Positions 40,544-54,059 of a stretch of DNA of 64,000 nucleotides are shown here, one piece after another (position 1 is the stretch's first letter; every line of letters starts with the position of its first letter). The translations under genes were made by a program, and so were the position numbers. This stretch comes from Eledone cirrhosa (Eukaryota). Location of the stretch: contig OZ024744.1 of the NCBI GenBank assembly GCA_964016885.1, forward strand, positions 29,326,001 through 29,390,000, written 5' to 3'. The notes under the pieces were generated by a model. That model was not told where the DNA came from, ran no database searches, and saw only the letters and a list, made by a program, of their open reading frames with translations.

Positions 40544-41678
40544 GATGAGTTCGTCTATTCACTAATATTTCGTATTTATTTTTCAAATAGTCGATGATCT
40601 TCTTTAAAAGTTTCGACAAAGTTCTGTCAGAATCAAATTTAAAGTTATTCACAGCTTGGGTAATATTTCTTTTCAGTTAGTTTTTAATTCTACAACTGTG
40701 TTTTAAACGTTGTTCTTGAATAGTTTGAATCGAGAACAAAAAGAACCGTTACTTAGTATATTTCTTTATGAATGTAATATAATATAACAACGCTGTATTT
40801 ATATGTTAAAGTTTATGTATCATTCATATAAATAGGTGTTCTATAACTTATTCACAACATATTCAAACACTTATGTTTTTGTTTCTGAATCGAAAACGTT
40901 ACTTGTATATTTCTTTATAAATGTAATATAACAACGTTGCATTTATATGTTAAAGTGTATGTATCGTTCATATATCATAAGTGTATGTATCGTTCATATA
41001 AATAGGTGTTTTACAACACACTTACAGTTCAAACACTTATGTAGAATTATTGTATGTAATCTTACCGCGTAATGTAGCTCAACTTTTTCCAATATATGGT
41101 ATGTTGCCTTCATGTAAGCCGTAATTACACACGTCCGATTATCGGACACTGACCACAACGGTCGCCATTATGTATGTATGTATGTATGTATGTATGTATG
41201 TATGTATGTATGTATGTATGTATGTATGTATGTATGTATGTATGTATGTATGTATGTATGTATGTTTGTATGTATGTATGTATGGAGCTTATAGATCGGA
41301 CAGCATACTCTGTCTATTCGTGGGTAAGTTTTGATTAATTTTTGTATTCTGAAACATCAAAATACAACAAAGATTTTTGCTCACTAGACTCGGGAAATAT
41401 CCTGACAGAAGTTGTGAAAGTTACACAAATATTTTCGTATATTTTCCCAGAGCAATCGTTATTTACATTTTACATTTACTTACATCCTAATGTAACATGG
41501 CTAAATTTCAAATTTTGAAAAGAGAAGAAAAGAGACAAATGAACTAGATACATTTCACTGCCTCCGCCACCACAATAACATCTACACTCTCTCCCCACCA
41601 CCATATTTACACACAAGTCAATACCCTATCTAGACTAAAGTCACTGATCTGCTACCGGGTCCCCTACTCTGTGTTGAA

Positions 41679-41729
<51 letters not shown>

Positions 41730-41805
41730 CGAAGGAAATGTGGTAAGGAACCAGATGGATCATAGCGCACCAAAGTACTCAATAGTTAGGGTAGTAGAGT
41801 GGGTA

Positions 41806-41935
41806 ATATGAACGAGTAGGACCCCGACGGCTGAGCTCAAGCCGTTTCGACGGCTAATTCTGGACTCAGAATTAGCCGTCGAATTAGCCATCGAAACAGC
41901 TTGAGCTCAGCCGTCGGGGTCCTACTCGTTCATAT
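41806..41935. repeat. Short near-perfect palindrome
   Basis: atatgaacgagtaggaccccgacggctgagctcaagc pairs with gcttgagctcagccgtcggggtcctactcgttcatat. Confidence 0.9.
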
Positions 41936-41961
41936 ATATATATATATCACTCAGTCAAAAC

Positions 41962-43942
41962 TGTAGCGGTTGTCTCCCTTGTTGTGACTCACAACCCCAA
42001 TAGATGAACAACATCTAGACGGGAAGTAGAACCCTTTCTGTAACTTCCGGCAGAGCCCTATAAAACGAATAGCCTTCGGCTCTCTCCCTCTCATTTGCCC
42101 TTCCGGCGCCTAGCCTTCGCCAGGCGTCTCGCGTTTGCCTGGCAATCAAAACGGTAACTACTAACTTTGCTTCATTCTATCATCTATTTTTTTGACATGT
42201 CAACTATACTGTTCTATATATATCCATGATTGTTAATTAAATATTATACACACAAACCATGTCTCGTTTTGTTACATTCATACAACCCAGTATCTTCGCT
42301 ATATTGGTAACCCTGACGTGATACGAACACGCAGCCGTTCATCGCTATAAGTGGTCACCCCGAAAAAAAGAAAAAAATAGCAGATCTGGTATTGTGTGAG
42401 TAACATTACGAATACACAGCAAATTTATCGACAAACTATGAAAATACTCAAGGAAACGCACACACGCACATGTGAAATTCGCGTTCAGACAGACTTTTTC
42501 TCTCACGCATCAACTAACTGTCGCATTTCACGATATATATACATGTTTCTCGTTTCTTACAACGAACACTTTCAAAACAACAACAAAAAAAAAAGAAATT
42601 TGATATTTAAAAAAAAAAACATTTCAACAGGAACATTTATTTTCGATGAACCATTGCCTTTTTCTTCATCGTTTTCTTCATCGTTCAAGTTTTTTTTTTG
42701 TTTCCAAAGTTCACACCAATAATTATGCTAAGTGAAGCCTTTCTTTTTCATCATTGTCACTTTCACACTTGCACTATCATTTTCTCGCGCGTTAGAAATA
42801 TTATTTTTTCAACCTAACCACCTTGTATTGGCACGTGTAGGCAGCACAAATTCTCGACTCACAGAGATAGCCGCACGCCAGAGATAACGTTTCTCGCCAA
42901 GGATTCTTCAGCCTTAAGCTATATTCTCCTATTTGCCGGTTTAAAAATTTACCACGTAAATTTGCCGTTGAAAACTGCGCATTTATTCAGAATGCTTATT
43001 TCTTTGGTCGCTGGCCTCTTGACCCTTCCAGGTCAACGCATTCTCAACATCGACCATCAACTTCGGCTGCTATTTCTAGCACTTTGCGCAACTCAATTTT
43101 TCTGAAAACATATATATTTTTTTTTACTGTGAATTTAAACACCGAATATGCTCACTCAGCGAGACATCAACAGCAACACAGCTTCACCAACAACCAAAAC
43201 CAGCAGAACAAGCCAGAGAATTTATTTTTGCAGCACTCTTCCTGTGAGAAAATCCATTCGGAGGTTGGAAATTTCACGATATACCACAGAACAGAAACCA
43301 CCTGCATTCATTCTCTGGAACACTTTCTTTCCTGCTGTCATGTGATTGCACACCTGTGAACTATATTTTGTACATTTGAACTTTGAGCCCTTCTATTACT
43401 TTATTACATTGTATCTTTGGGTGATGGATAGATAGATGTCCAGTCGTTCTCTGGCCAAGAGCGGTTGGCTACCTTGATATCTATCATTGATTTTTGCAAA
43501 CATTCTTTTGTCGTAATTTTCATACCTGTTACAACATTCTCGCCAACTTGCTACATATTTTCATTCGATTTTTATATTCTAAAATTCTGGCGGGAGGTTA
43601 TGTAGCGGTTGTCTCCCTTGTTGTGACTCACAACCCCAATAGATGAACAACATCTAGACGGGAAGTAGAACCCTTTCTGTAACTTCCGGCAGAGCCCTAT
43701 AAAACGAATAGCCTTCGGCTCTCTCCCTCTCATTTGCCCTTCCGGCGCCTGGCCTTCGCCAGGCGTCTCGCGTTTGCCTGGCAATCAAAACGGTAACTAC
43801 TAACTTTGCTTCATTCTATCATCTATTTTTTTGACATGTCAACTATACTGTTCTATATATATCCATGATTGTTAATTAAATATTATACACACAAACCATG
43901 TCTCGTTTTGTTACATTCATACAACCCAGTATCTTCGCTATA
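41962..43942 (+). mobile_element. Non-autonomous LTR retrotransposon: 342-bp LTRs (41962-42303, 43601-43942) and a ~1.3-kb non-coding interior
   Basis: The LTRs differ by about one base that I could see, and have termini tgtagcg...cgctata. The PBS follows LTR1 and a purine tract ggcgggagg precedes LTR2. Confidence 0.92.
42305..42322 (+). other. Primer-binding site complementary to the tRNA-Trp 3' end
   Basis: tggtaaccctgacgtgat compared with TGGTGACCCCGACGTGAT (2 mismatches; reference recalled from the animal tRNA-Trp 3' end). Confidence 0.8.
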
Positions 43943-44262
43943 TTCAGCCGTCGGGGTCCTACTCGTTCATATATATATATATATATCACTCAGTCAAAAC
44001 GACCGAATTTCAACCACATCTACAACAACAACAAAAACAACATCACCGGAACACCGGCACCAATGTCTACAGCAACAACAACATCAAGAGGAACAACACG
44101 AAGATCTACAACAAAAACTGCAGCATCAAACGATAAAAAACAGCCAAACAACAACAACAACTGCCACCACCATCACCATCACCACTCGGTCAACGATCGG
44201 GCCTTAAGAAAACAACAACAAATATAATAATTGTTTCTGCTTTTGGCACATGGCCAGCAATT

Positions 44263-44921
44263 ATATAAATGCAGTAGGTATAGAAAATATAATTACATAC
44301 ATATTATAATATATTATAAATAGGAGATCAAAAAATGCATTAAAAAATTCACAGTTATAAATAAGATCCGTAAAAATGTATGGGATGGATATTAAACTAA
44401 AATTTAAAACTTAGAAAGGAAGATAGATAGAGAGATACAGAAATAAAGAAATAATGGTATTGATCAAAGTTAGTAAAATAATGTTATGTGTGTCAATGTT
44501 CCGGCATGTTATTGAACAAGTGTCTTTCATAAAACGAGAAAAAAAAAAAAGAGTCTAGCACTAAACCATTAAAAACTTGGTTGTCAGACGTATATAATCA
44601 ACAGGGAAAAACATTAATGGCCTTTAATATTGCATTATCTTATAACTATCTATAGGTGAAATAACGCTCGAATGAATGACACTTGTTCAATAACATGCCG
44701 GAACATTGACACACATAACCTTATTTTACTAACTTTGATCAATACCATTATTTCTTTATTTCTTTATTTCTTTATCTCTCTATCTATCTTCCTTTCTAAG
44801 TTTTAAATTTTTACGGATCTTATTTATAACTGTGAATTTTTTAATGCGTTTTTTGATCTCCTATTTATAATATATTATAATATGTATGTAATTATATTTT
44901 CTATACCTACTGCATTTATAT
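44263..44921. repeat. Long fold-back (arms ~44263-44524 and ~44679-44921)
   Basis: ataaatgcagtaggtatagaaaat... and ...attttctatacctactgcatttat are reverse complements over ~240 bp. Confidence 0.9.
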
Positions 44922-45289
44922 ATCCATGATTCAAATATAGAGCAAATATCCAAACTATAAATTATTATAAACATTAATTTGAACTCTGAATTATCCATGC
45001 ATTTATTATTGTTTCTTTTATATATATATATATATGTATTTAACTGTAACACGTAGAACTTTATTATATAAAATTGTAACTGTTATCATTTACCTAAAGT
45101 ATACTGTATCACTAATACCTAATATATATCTCTATATATACCTCCCTATATCTTCCTATACATAATTTTTAGTCAACTTCTAAATGTTTAGTTAAATTTC
45201 TTGATTATGTTTACTCTGAACTAACAATAATTAATGTATTTACACCCTGTTATATTTAGGTGTATATTTAACCTTAACAGGCATCAATC

Positions 45290-45960
45290 TATTATTTTGT
45301 TATCATTTACCTAAAATATACTGGCTCATTAATATATATATACATAATCGTTATTTAAATATTTCTAACAATAAGTACTTCACAAGCTTTACATACCTAA
45401 TACGCTCAGTATCTCCGTTAAAGCTTACATTTAGGAAAATAATCAACAGTATAAACTCTCACTCCTCTTGGCCAGCTAAATCCTATAAATGTTAACACAC
45501 TTATAGAATTTATAAAACTAATATATAAATAACCAGCAATTAAAAAAAAAAAAGAAATCTTGAATCTTCACCCTATAATACCATAAATTAAATATTTTCA
45601 AAATTAACCGTTTAACTTTCGGCAAAAATAAATCTCCCTCAGCATATTACCCCCCTTTATTTATAAATTGTATATCATACATCTTAATATCTATATAACT
45701 GTTACATTAAGCAACGTTTTTCTCACTCGCACATTCTCTATTGAATTTATTACGTTTTCGCATTTTCTCATTATTAGGGTATAAATGTTAAATTTTTCTT
45801 GGGTTAATCACTACCTTGATTAAATCTTAGCCATTTAATATCTCAGGGTATGTCCTGTATCATTATCTTTTGTCTGATGAGGACGTACATCCGAAATATG
45901 TATAATAAAATGTAATTGATCAAAAGAACATCTATTTTATTAATATTTGTATTTTAATAT
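45290..45960. mobile_element. Dispersed AT-rich repeat, probably a Penelope-like relic, ending in a hammerhead-like motif (homologue at 59125-59910)
   Basis: Colinear similarity with 59125-59910. CTGATGA-gga..tcc-GAAA-tatg-TA at 45874-45902 and 59818-59854. Confidence 0.6.
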
Positions 45961-46343
45961 ATATATATATATATATATAGATTACATAAGTATCAAAGTT
46001 ATGTTTAAATCATTTAATCGCTGACAATTGTTTCTTCCAAAATTAAGCTTGGGGGCCTCGGAGCATTATCAATGTTTGTACATATAATGAACCTCCTATT
46101 CAACTGAAGAATCATACAGATACATATATATTGATGTTGTGGACAACAGTTTGATATTTACAGGGTGGAATGGATGCGACATATATTATATGAGAATTGT
46201 ACAATAATTCAAATTAAGATTAAAATTAAAAATTAAAAATTAAAATTAATAAGGTAATAAGGTAGTAATAAATTACTGACCTTCCCTGTTTATAGTTGTT
46301 TATAGTATAGTATATACATAACTATAAATAGTATCTTTAATAT

Positions 46344-46376
<33 letters not shown>

Positions 46377-46509
46377 GTGTGTATGCATGAGTGTTTGTGT
46401 GTGTGTGTGTGTGTATGCATGAGTGTTTGTGTGTGTGTGTGTGAGTGAGTGAGTGAGTGTGTGTCGTGTATGAGTGTGACTAAGTGACTTTTTTTGTTTT
46501 GTTTTTTTC

Positions 46510-49500
46510 ATGCGCGGGGACATAGAATGATGGGGCTGGATACCCGATCGCGCAGTTGAACCACCGGGAGTGAAGGAATCCTAGTCCTTGTCAGGGCACT
46601 CTTCTAGGAGAAGGCATCTCAGGAAACTGGGTTAACTCCAACATAAATCCTGCGGCTCAGTAGTTACCAATGATGTTGATCTTTTCTTCTTTTGGGGTTA
46701 TAGGTACTATCGCTCAGAGAGTGGGATTGGCAATAAGGGCTCTGGAACAAAAGAGATAATTGGCAATAAAGGCAGGGGCCCCATTGTATCACAGTTTAGG
46801 CCTGCTCATCATTGTGCCACTGTAATAGAGCCAAACTAGGCATTTAATATTGGCTGCTGGAACGTACGGACGGTGCTTGACAGAGATTCCTCCGAACGTC
46901 CTGATAGTAGGACCGCTCTTGCTGCAAAGGAGCTTCGATGTTACGATCTTGACATCGTAGCTTTATCCGAAACGAGGTTAGCTGGAGATGATCATCTTAC
47001 AGAATTTTGTGGAGAATACACATTCTTCTGGAAAGGAAGATATGAAGGAACCAGAAGAGAGGCTGGGGTAGGATTTGCTGTTAAGACTGTTCTTGTGGAA
47101 AAATTAGAAGAATTCCCAGTAGGGATTAGTGAGCGTCTTATGTCCATGAGAATTCCGCTGGACAAAGGAAGATATGCTACCCTGGTGAGTGTGTATGCTC
47201 CAACTATGAATTCTGTCGATGAAGAAAAAGTGTCTTTCTACCATGCCTTGAAAGGTGTTTTAAGAAATATCTCTCGGACAGACAAGGTCACCATGCTTGG
47301 AGACTTTAATGCTAGAGTGGGTAGGGATTTTAACACATGGAATGTAATCGGAATGCATGGTGTGGGAAAGCGTAACAACAATGGTATGCTCCTGCTGCAG
47401 GTGTGTGAGGAGATGGATCCGTGTGTTACCAACACCATGTTCTAACAAAAGAACAAATTTAAGACTATATGGATGCATCCTGCATCTAAGGAATGTCATC
47501 TTCTGGACTACATCCTTGTCAGAGTGCGTGACAGATGGGATGTGTGGTGTGTTCGTGTTCTTCGTGGGGCTGATTGTTGGACGAACCACCACCTGGTATG
47601 TGCAAAAGGGAAACTAATCACTAAACGTAGAATCCGGGCTCCTGGTGTTACCCTGGCTAGGAGACTGAATGCTGCTCGTCTTAGAGATAATAATGTGAAG
47701 AGGACATTGCGAGAAGAGATGCATGTTGCAGATTTTGATGAGGATTGGCCGACCTTTAAACAGTCGGTTTATGATGTCGGTAGGCGTGTTCTGGGATTGG
47801 TGCAGAGAAAGCATCAAGACTGGTTTAAAGAAAATGATGAACATATAGATAATTTGTTGGCTGATAAGAGACGTGCTCTGTCACGCTACCTGTGAGGCGG
47901 AGGCTTTCTCATATGAAGGATCAGTGGTGGAGTGAGAAGGCTGATGAGATACAAGCTACATCAGATTCCAATAACACAAAGCAGTAGTACAGTCTCTTGC
48001 GTGAAGTTTATGGACCGTTTTCTTCTCTGGTGACACCGCTTCGCAGCAAGGATGGCAAGGAACTTCTTCGTGACTCACAAGGAATTCTGCAAAGGTGGCG
48101 AGAGCACTTTGATGATCTTTTGAATCAGCCGTCTGTCGTCAATGAAGATTTCCTTAATCTCATTCCTGAAAAACTGTGAAACACCGACGCTTGTGGAGGT
48201 TGCAGTAGCTATCTAGAAGCTGAACAGTGGAAGGTCTCCAGGTATGGATGGCATACATTCAGAGCTCTTACAATATGGTGGTGAGAGACTCCTGCAACAT
48301 CTTCACTCTTTCTTTGGCAGGATATGGGGTAGTGAATCCTTACCTGAGGACTAGAGAGATGCAGTAATGGTAGTCTTGTACAAGGGAAAGGGTAACAGGA
48401 ATGATTGTGGAAACTACAGAGGTATATCATTGTTTTCCGTCGTAGGGAAAATTTTATGTAGGGTGCTTCTGGACCGTCTGCTGACACACATTGCAGATTG
48501 TGTGCTTTCTGAAAGTCAATCTGGTTTAGGTGCTGGACGCGGCACTACTGATATGATCTCAGCTAGACAACTCCAGGAGAAGTGCATGGAACAAGGCTTG
48601 GATCTGTATCAGGTTTTGTCGATCTGACAAAAGCTTTCGATACTGTTAACAGAAATGCATTGTGGAAGGTTCTCCAGAAACTTGGTTGCCCTGATAGGTT
48701 CCTTGTTTGGTTAGGTCTTTCCATGACGTCAAGAAGGCTTGGGTTAATGTCAGAAGTAACATGTCGGAGCCTATCTCATTAAAAAATGGAGTGAAACGGG
48801 GATATTTCAGCACCGACCCTGTTTGCCATATACTGTGCAATGGTTTTCTATATTGCATTCAGGAATTGCGAGCATGGTGTTTACATCCAATATCGAACCT
48901 CTGGCAGCATATTTAACATCAGGCGCTTTGCTGCAAAAACAAAAGTATTTAAGTCAATCATAAGAGACCTCTTGTATGCAGATGATTGCGATCTTATAGC
49001 GCACACAGAGTGATATGCAGCACATTTTGAATGCATTTTCTGATGCTTGCACTGCCCTAGGATTGACTGTCAGTCTCAAGAAAACTGTCGTCATGTACCA
49101 ACCTGCCCCTGGTAAGCAGTACACTGAACCAAATATCTATGTGTATGGTAAACGACTTGGAGTGGTTGATCAGTTTGTCTACCTGGGAAGCACTGTCGAT
49201 CGATACAGCAACCTTGATAGTGAAATCCCACTTAGGATTAGGAAAGCAAGGGATGATTTCGGAAAGCTAGAAAGGCGACTCTGGGGTCGGCGAGACATAT
49301 GAAAGAAGACAAAGATAAAGGTGTGCAAGGCATGTGTGCTCTCTTCTCTTCTTTATGCCTGCGAGACCTGGGTCACATATCGACACCACCTTAAGCAATT
49401 GGAGCGTTTCCGTCAGATGTGTCTCAGACGGATCCATGGCGTTCACTGGAGGGACCACATCAGTGATGTCGAGATTTTGGAAAGTTCTATGTGTGACAGT

Positions 49501-50154
49501 ATAGAAGCTCTTGTGCTTAAGCAACGACTCCGTTGGAGTGGTCACCTTGCCAGGATGAAGGATTCAAGAATACCAAAACAACTCTTTTATGGAGAGTTAG
49601 TTAAAGGAAAACGACCGCCACATAAACCAAAAGAGCGGTATAAGGATTCGTTGAAAACCTCTCTGAAAGACGCTAACATCTCTGCTGATACATGGGAAAA
49701 CGTAGCTGCTGATCGTAATAAATGGAGAAAGACTGTACACGAGAGGAAAGTTGCCTTTGAGGCATCTCGAATTGCATACGAGAAAGTAAAAAGGGATGTG
49801 AGGAAGGGCATTGCTGTTGCACTTCCAGACGGCGAGGGTCCTCCTATGGCGCTAACATGCAGAGTCTGTCCGAGACTGTGCCTAAGCAAAGCTGGACTTG
49901 AAAGTCATCTTCGCAGTCATAAAGTGAGACCAGTGGTTGACTACCAGGCTGCTGTTGGAGATGCTACTCATCATGCTTGCCAAACATGTGGTAGAGAATG
50001 TAAATCAGCAAGAGGGCTCAAGCGACATGCAAAAGTTCTTGAAATCCAACTACAGCCGGCTACTGTCAGTGAATGTTTTGGTTACCAACTCTGTGCAAGA
50101 CATTTTAGATCATTGGCTGGGCTAAAAAGCCACATTCGATCGCACCGCTGTTAA
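46510..50154 (+). mobile_element. Degenerate full-length RTE-clade LINE (APE endonuclease, RT, C-terminal C2H2 fingers)
   Basis: WNVRT, DIVALSETR, GVGFAV, SVYAPT, LGDFNARVG, NYRGISL, FVDLTKAFDTV, LYADD, FVYLGS and RLRWSGH, with several stops and frameshifts. Confidence 0.93.
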
Positions 50155-50366
50155 TTGTTATTGTGTGTGTGTGGGGGGGGGGTATGTCTGTCTCTATGTA
50201 TAAGTACGTGTATATATATATATATATATATACGTTATTCCGGGTTGAATCGGAGGTAACCACAGTAAGTAAGGTACTCAATACATAGCAGAGTATAACA
50301 GTTTTAATATAGATGAGATTCTACAGGACTAGAACTGTTTCATTCATTAGAAATCATCAGGAATCT

Positions 50367-50835
50367 CACACTTCAATGGAGCCATGCTGGGTTTGGTATC
50401 GCACACGTCTGTTCACACTCCCGAGTATATACCCACATATACACACACACACACACACACACAAATACACACACACACATACACACACGCAGGCACACAC
50501 ACATGCATGCATATACATATGTACGCACACATGTGTAAACACACATACCCCATGCACATATATACACATACACACTCTCCCTCTCTTACACATACCCAAG
50601 CACATTGACACCCACATACAGACCACCACATGTCTATTGGCGCCTGCCTATACAGCCCCATACATCCTGTCTCACACATGTGTGCGTACATATGTGTATG
50701 CATGCATGTATGTGTGCCTGCGTGTGTGTATGTGTGTGTGTGTGTATTTGTGTGTGTGTGTATATGTGGGTATATACTCGGGAGTGTGAACAGACGTGTG
50801 CGATACCAAACCCAGCATGGCTCCATTGAAGTGTG
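50367..50835. repeat. Fold-back with ~165-bp arms
   Basis: cacacttcaatggagccatgctggg... and ...cccagcatggctccattgaagtgtg. Confidence 0.9.
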
Positions 50836-52306
50836 TCGGACGGAAAATGGCTGATGACCAGTGTAGCAGTAAATAGTGACCAGAATTTATGATGACGTAG
50901 AAAAACAACAGCCAATGGCATGACAAAAGTGGAAGATGTTTTTTGATGATAACACCCCAGTGAGAAAATTTGCTCCGAAAGAATTGCCTGTGTCCGAAGG
51001 AACCTGCAGCCATAGAATCAGCCAGATCCATGCAGTGATCATGTCTCGAGTTACCTGCCGGCGAAACAATTGTAACACGCAATAAACTGAGTCCAGATGC
51101 ATCACTGATTTTTCGTTTTTTTTATACCATATATATATATATATATATGTCTTATGGTAGCTAAGATGCGTCCATAGGCGGTTTTCCGGTTGAGCACTCT
51201 ATGCCCCTACGGAACAGAGTATTATAGAATGGAAAACGAAGAATCAGTGATGCATCGGAACTCAATTTATTGTGTGTTACAATTGTTTCCCCGGCAAACA
51301 GCTCGAGGTGCGATGTGTGTGGATCGACCTGACTCTAGTCTCGCAGGTTCCTCAGACACGTCTATTGATTTCGGAGCAAATCCTCTTTCTCTCGGATTCC
51401 GACCTTACGGGTCTATATCATCCGCCTTCATCCTGTTTGCGCGTCCTTGGATTGGTCACTGGTTAGTGACGTCATCATAGTTCTGACCTCTGTAAGCAGC
51501 CCGCTGACCATCGGGATGTGAGCTGTCACTCACCTCCAGTCCCATCCGCAAAATAGTGTCTACCTATACTCACTCTCATATGCACACACACACAGACGCA
51601 GAGACACGGTCAGACACATACAGAATAGCTTGCGTGCATGCATTCACACATGTACCTACAGAGACATATACACATACCTATATATACACACACATACAGT
51701 CACACAAATATGCACACACGTCATTATTGTTTTTTTTTTCGTGCAATGGCCATACTCGATAACGAGAGGACAGCCATCATGTATGTGTATATGTATATAT
51801 ATGTATGGATATATATATATATGTGTGTGTGTGTGTATGTGTGTGTACGTGTGTATATGTATACACATATACATATATGTGTATGTATATGTGTGTGTAT
51901 ATATATATATATATGTGTGTGTGTATGTGTATATATGTATATGTGTGTATATGTATATGCGTATGTATATATGTGTGTGTTTGATGTTTTGCTGTGGGTT
52001 TTAATGATCGCCATTGCTGACGTCTCTAATTATTTTATTTTTTGTTTTTGATGTTTTTAAAAAAATGCTTTTGTTTAGTTTTCTACTTAATTTGGGCAGA
52101 AAATAGAGATGAAAGGAGGTTTGAAATGGGGAGGGGAGGAATGGAAGAGATAGAGAGAGAGAGAGGGAGAGAGAGAGAGTGTGTGTGTGTGTGTGTGTGT
52201 GTGTTGTGGAGAAAAAGGTTGTTACGGTGAGTTTACGGGGTCGGGTATAAAATAAAAATCTCTTAAAGGTTCTCACCGTTTTCCTTGTTAGTTATTTCCT
52301 TATTAT

Positions 52307-52307
<1 letters not shown>

Positions 52308-52338
<31 letters not shown>

Positions 52339-52610
52339 AGGTTGTTGTGGGTGTTGTTGTAGTTGTTATTGTTGTTGTTGAGGTTATAGTTGTTATTGTT
52401 GTTGTTGAGGTTGTAGTTGTTGTGGTTGTTGATATTATTGATGTTATGGTTGTTGTTGATATTGTTGATGTTGTGGCTGTTGTTATGGTTGTTGTTGTGA
52501 TTGTTGTTGTTGTTGTTGTTGCAGTTATTGTTACTGCTGTCGTTGTTGCTGCTGTTTTTGTTGCTATTACTGATGTTGTTTTTGCTACTGTTGTGGTAGT
52601 TGTGGTTGCG
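52308..52610. repeat. Degenerate (GTT)n microsatellite
   Basis: Direct reading. The poly-T and poly-V ORFs are artefacts. Confidence 0.95.
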
Positions 52611-52699
52611 GTGTTAGCTACAAAGTCCACCCCGATTAAGCGGACCTATGATCAAAGCTGTTATATGTGACCAGCCCTGGAAAAATACAATTAAGCTTC

Positions 52700-52812
52700 C
52701 TCTTTCCCAAACGATGTGTAAACAGAATTAAGAGTCGTAAGCACAAAGGTATTACTCTCCTGTCAGCTGTTGGCAAGATTTTGGCGAGATGTCTTCTGAC
52801 TCGCCTCAATAA
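52700..52812 (+). mobile_element. Small RTE RT fragment
   Basis: HKGITLLSAVGKILARCLLTRL is homologous to NYRGISLFSVVGKILCRVLLDRL. Confidence 0.7.
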
Positions 52813-52950
52813 TTCTCCACTGGAATGTAGGAACAAAGAACTTGGAAAAGACGAGATAGTTTCACCAAACAATGGAATATATGTTGTGCCATAAGGCAAA
52901 AGAGAAGACATTGTTTTTTCTTTTCTTTTCTTCTGAAGAACACCTAATAA

Positions 52951-53133
52951 CTGTTTCTACTTTTGGCACAAAGCCAGCAATTACCCCAGTGCATTACTGG
53001 TACTTTATTTTATTGACCCCCGTAAGGATGAAAGGCAAAGTTAACCTCGGCCGGATTTGAACTCAATGGCAAGGGCCGTAACTCTATGCGTCAAAGCATG
53101 GCGTCCGACCCTCTACCGATACTGCCAATCCAC
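52951..53133 (-). mobile_element. SINE copy
   Basis: Homologous to 25900-26079. Confidence 0.85.
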
Positions 53134-53182
53134 CGTCCCAAGAACACCTAATAACACTACTTCAATGTACATGGGACGGTGT

Positions 53183-53532
53183 CAGAGCGCATGCGCAGAC
53201 TGCCTCGTGGTCCTAGTAGAGAGAACGGCGTGTGAGAGCGCATGTGCAGGCTGCCTCGTGGTCCCAGCGGAGAGAATGGGGTGTGAGAGCGCATGTGCAG
53301 GCTGCCTCGTGGTCCCAGCAGAGAGAATGGGGTGTGAGAGCGCATGTGCAGGCTGCCTCGTGCTCCCAACGGAGAAATTGGGGTGTGAGAGCGCATGTGC
53401 AGGCTGCCTCGTGGTCCCAGCGGAGAGAATGGGGTGTGAGAGCGCATGTGCAGGCTGCCTCGTGGTCCCAGCGGAGGGAATGGGGTGTGAGAGCGCATGT
53501 GCAGGCTGCCTTGTGGTCCCAGCGGAGAGAAT
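53183..53532. repeat. 51-bp GC-rich minisatellite, ~7 copies
   Basis: gagagcgcatgtgcaggctgcctcgtggtcccagcggagagaatggggtgt, period 51. Confidence 0.95.
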
Positions 53533-54059
53533 GAAGAAAACTATTAACAATTGCATGAATGAAGAAAACTAATAACAATTGCATGAATGAAGAAAACTAA
53601 TAACAATTGAAACTGGTAGTTTTGACTCTTGCAGACAATTCTACCATATATAAATAGGGAGGTTGTCCGGGGACCAAGAACACCGGAAGTCGTCATGGCT
53701 ACAGGCTCAACCACAAATTTATCAGATAGTGGCCGATACTTTGATAGTTTACCCTCTTTGGCCTGGCAGACTACGTAGCTTGGGCTGGTAGCCGAACGTA
53801 CCGGGTTGCCGTTAGAGATACAATATCTAACATCTACACGTGGGGCCTACAACCGCGGAACGGGAAGATCGTTAAGCCTTTTGCTTTCCTTCGGTCCTGC
53901 TCCGCTGGCCCGAGCTGAGACGAGAAGTCTGTGGTGTACAGGCCATACTTTACTATCTGAACTAACCGCCAGACTTCTGAATTAACACCATCAATACCGG
54001 GAGATTTATTATTATTGTTACTGCTGCTACAATATCATCTTGGTTTGGTTCAACAGATA

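Larger units (their letters stand above)
36962..41168 (-). mobile_element. Near full-length R4/Dong-type non-LTR retrotransposon inserted within (TATG)n
   Basis: 1044-aa ORF with a Myb-like N-terminus, KSPGPD, YRPIAC, LDYQKAF, GIFQGDSLS, FVDDLKL, CRLC...H...C and RHD, followed by an RLE frame PDIVVWD...VEISCP. (TATG)n lies on both sides. Confidence 0.92.

Noticed and set aside
41912-41921. cgtcggggtc in the LTR-flanking duplication matches the tRNA-Trp 3' end
   Set aside because: Only 10 nt with no tRNA fold, so it may be coincidence.
53057-53572. Cys-rich metallothionein-like ORF (CESACAGC repeats)
   Set aside because: It is the product of a 51-bp minisatellite that is open in several frames and begins inside a SINE.
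53620-54000. Unique-looking, moderately GC-rich stretch
   Set aside because: No ORF, RNA motif or second copy could be recognised.
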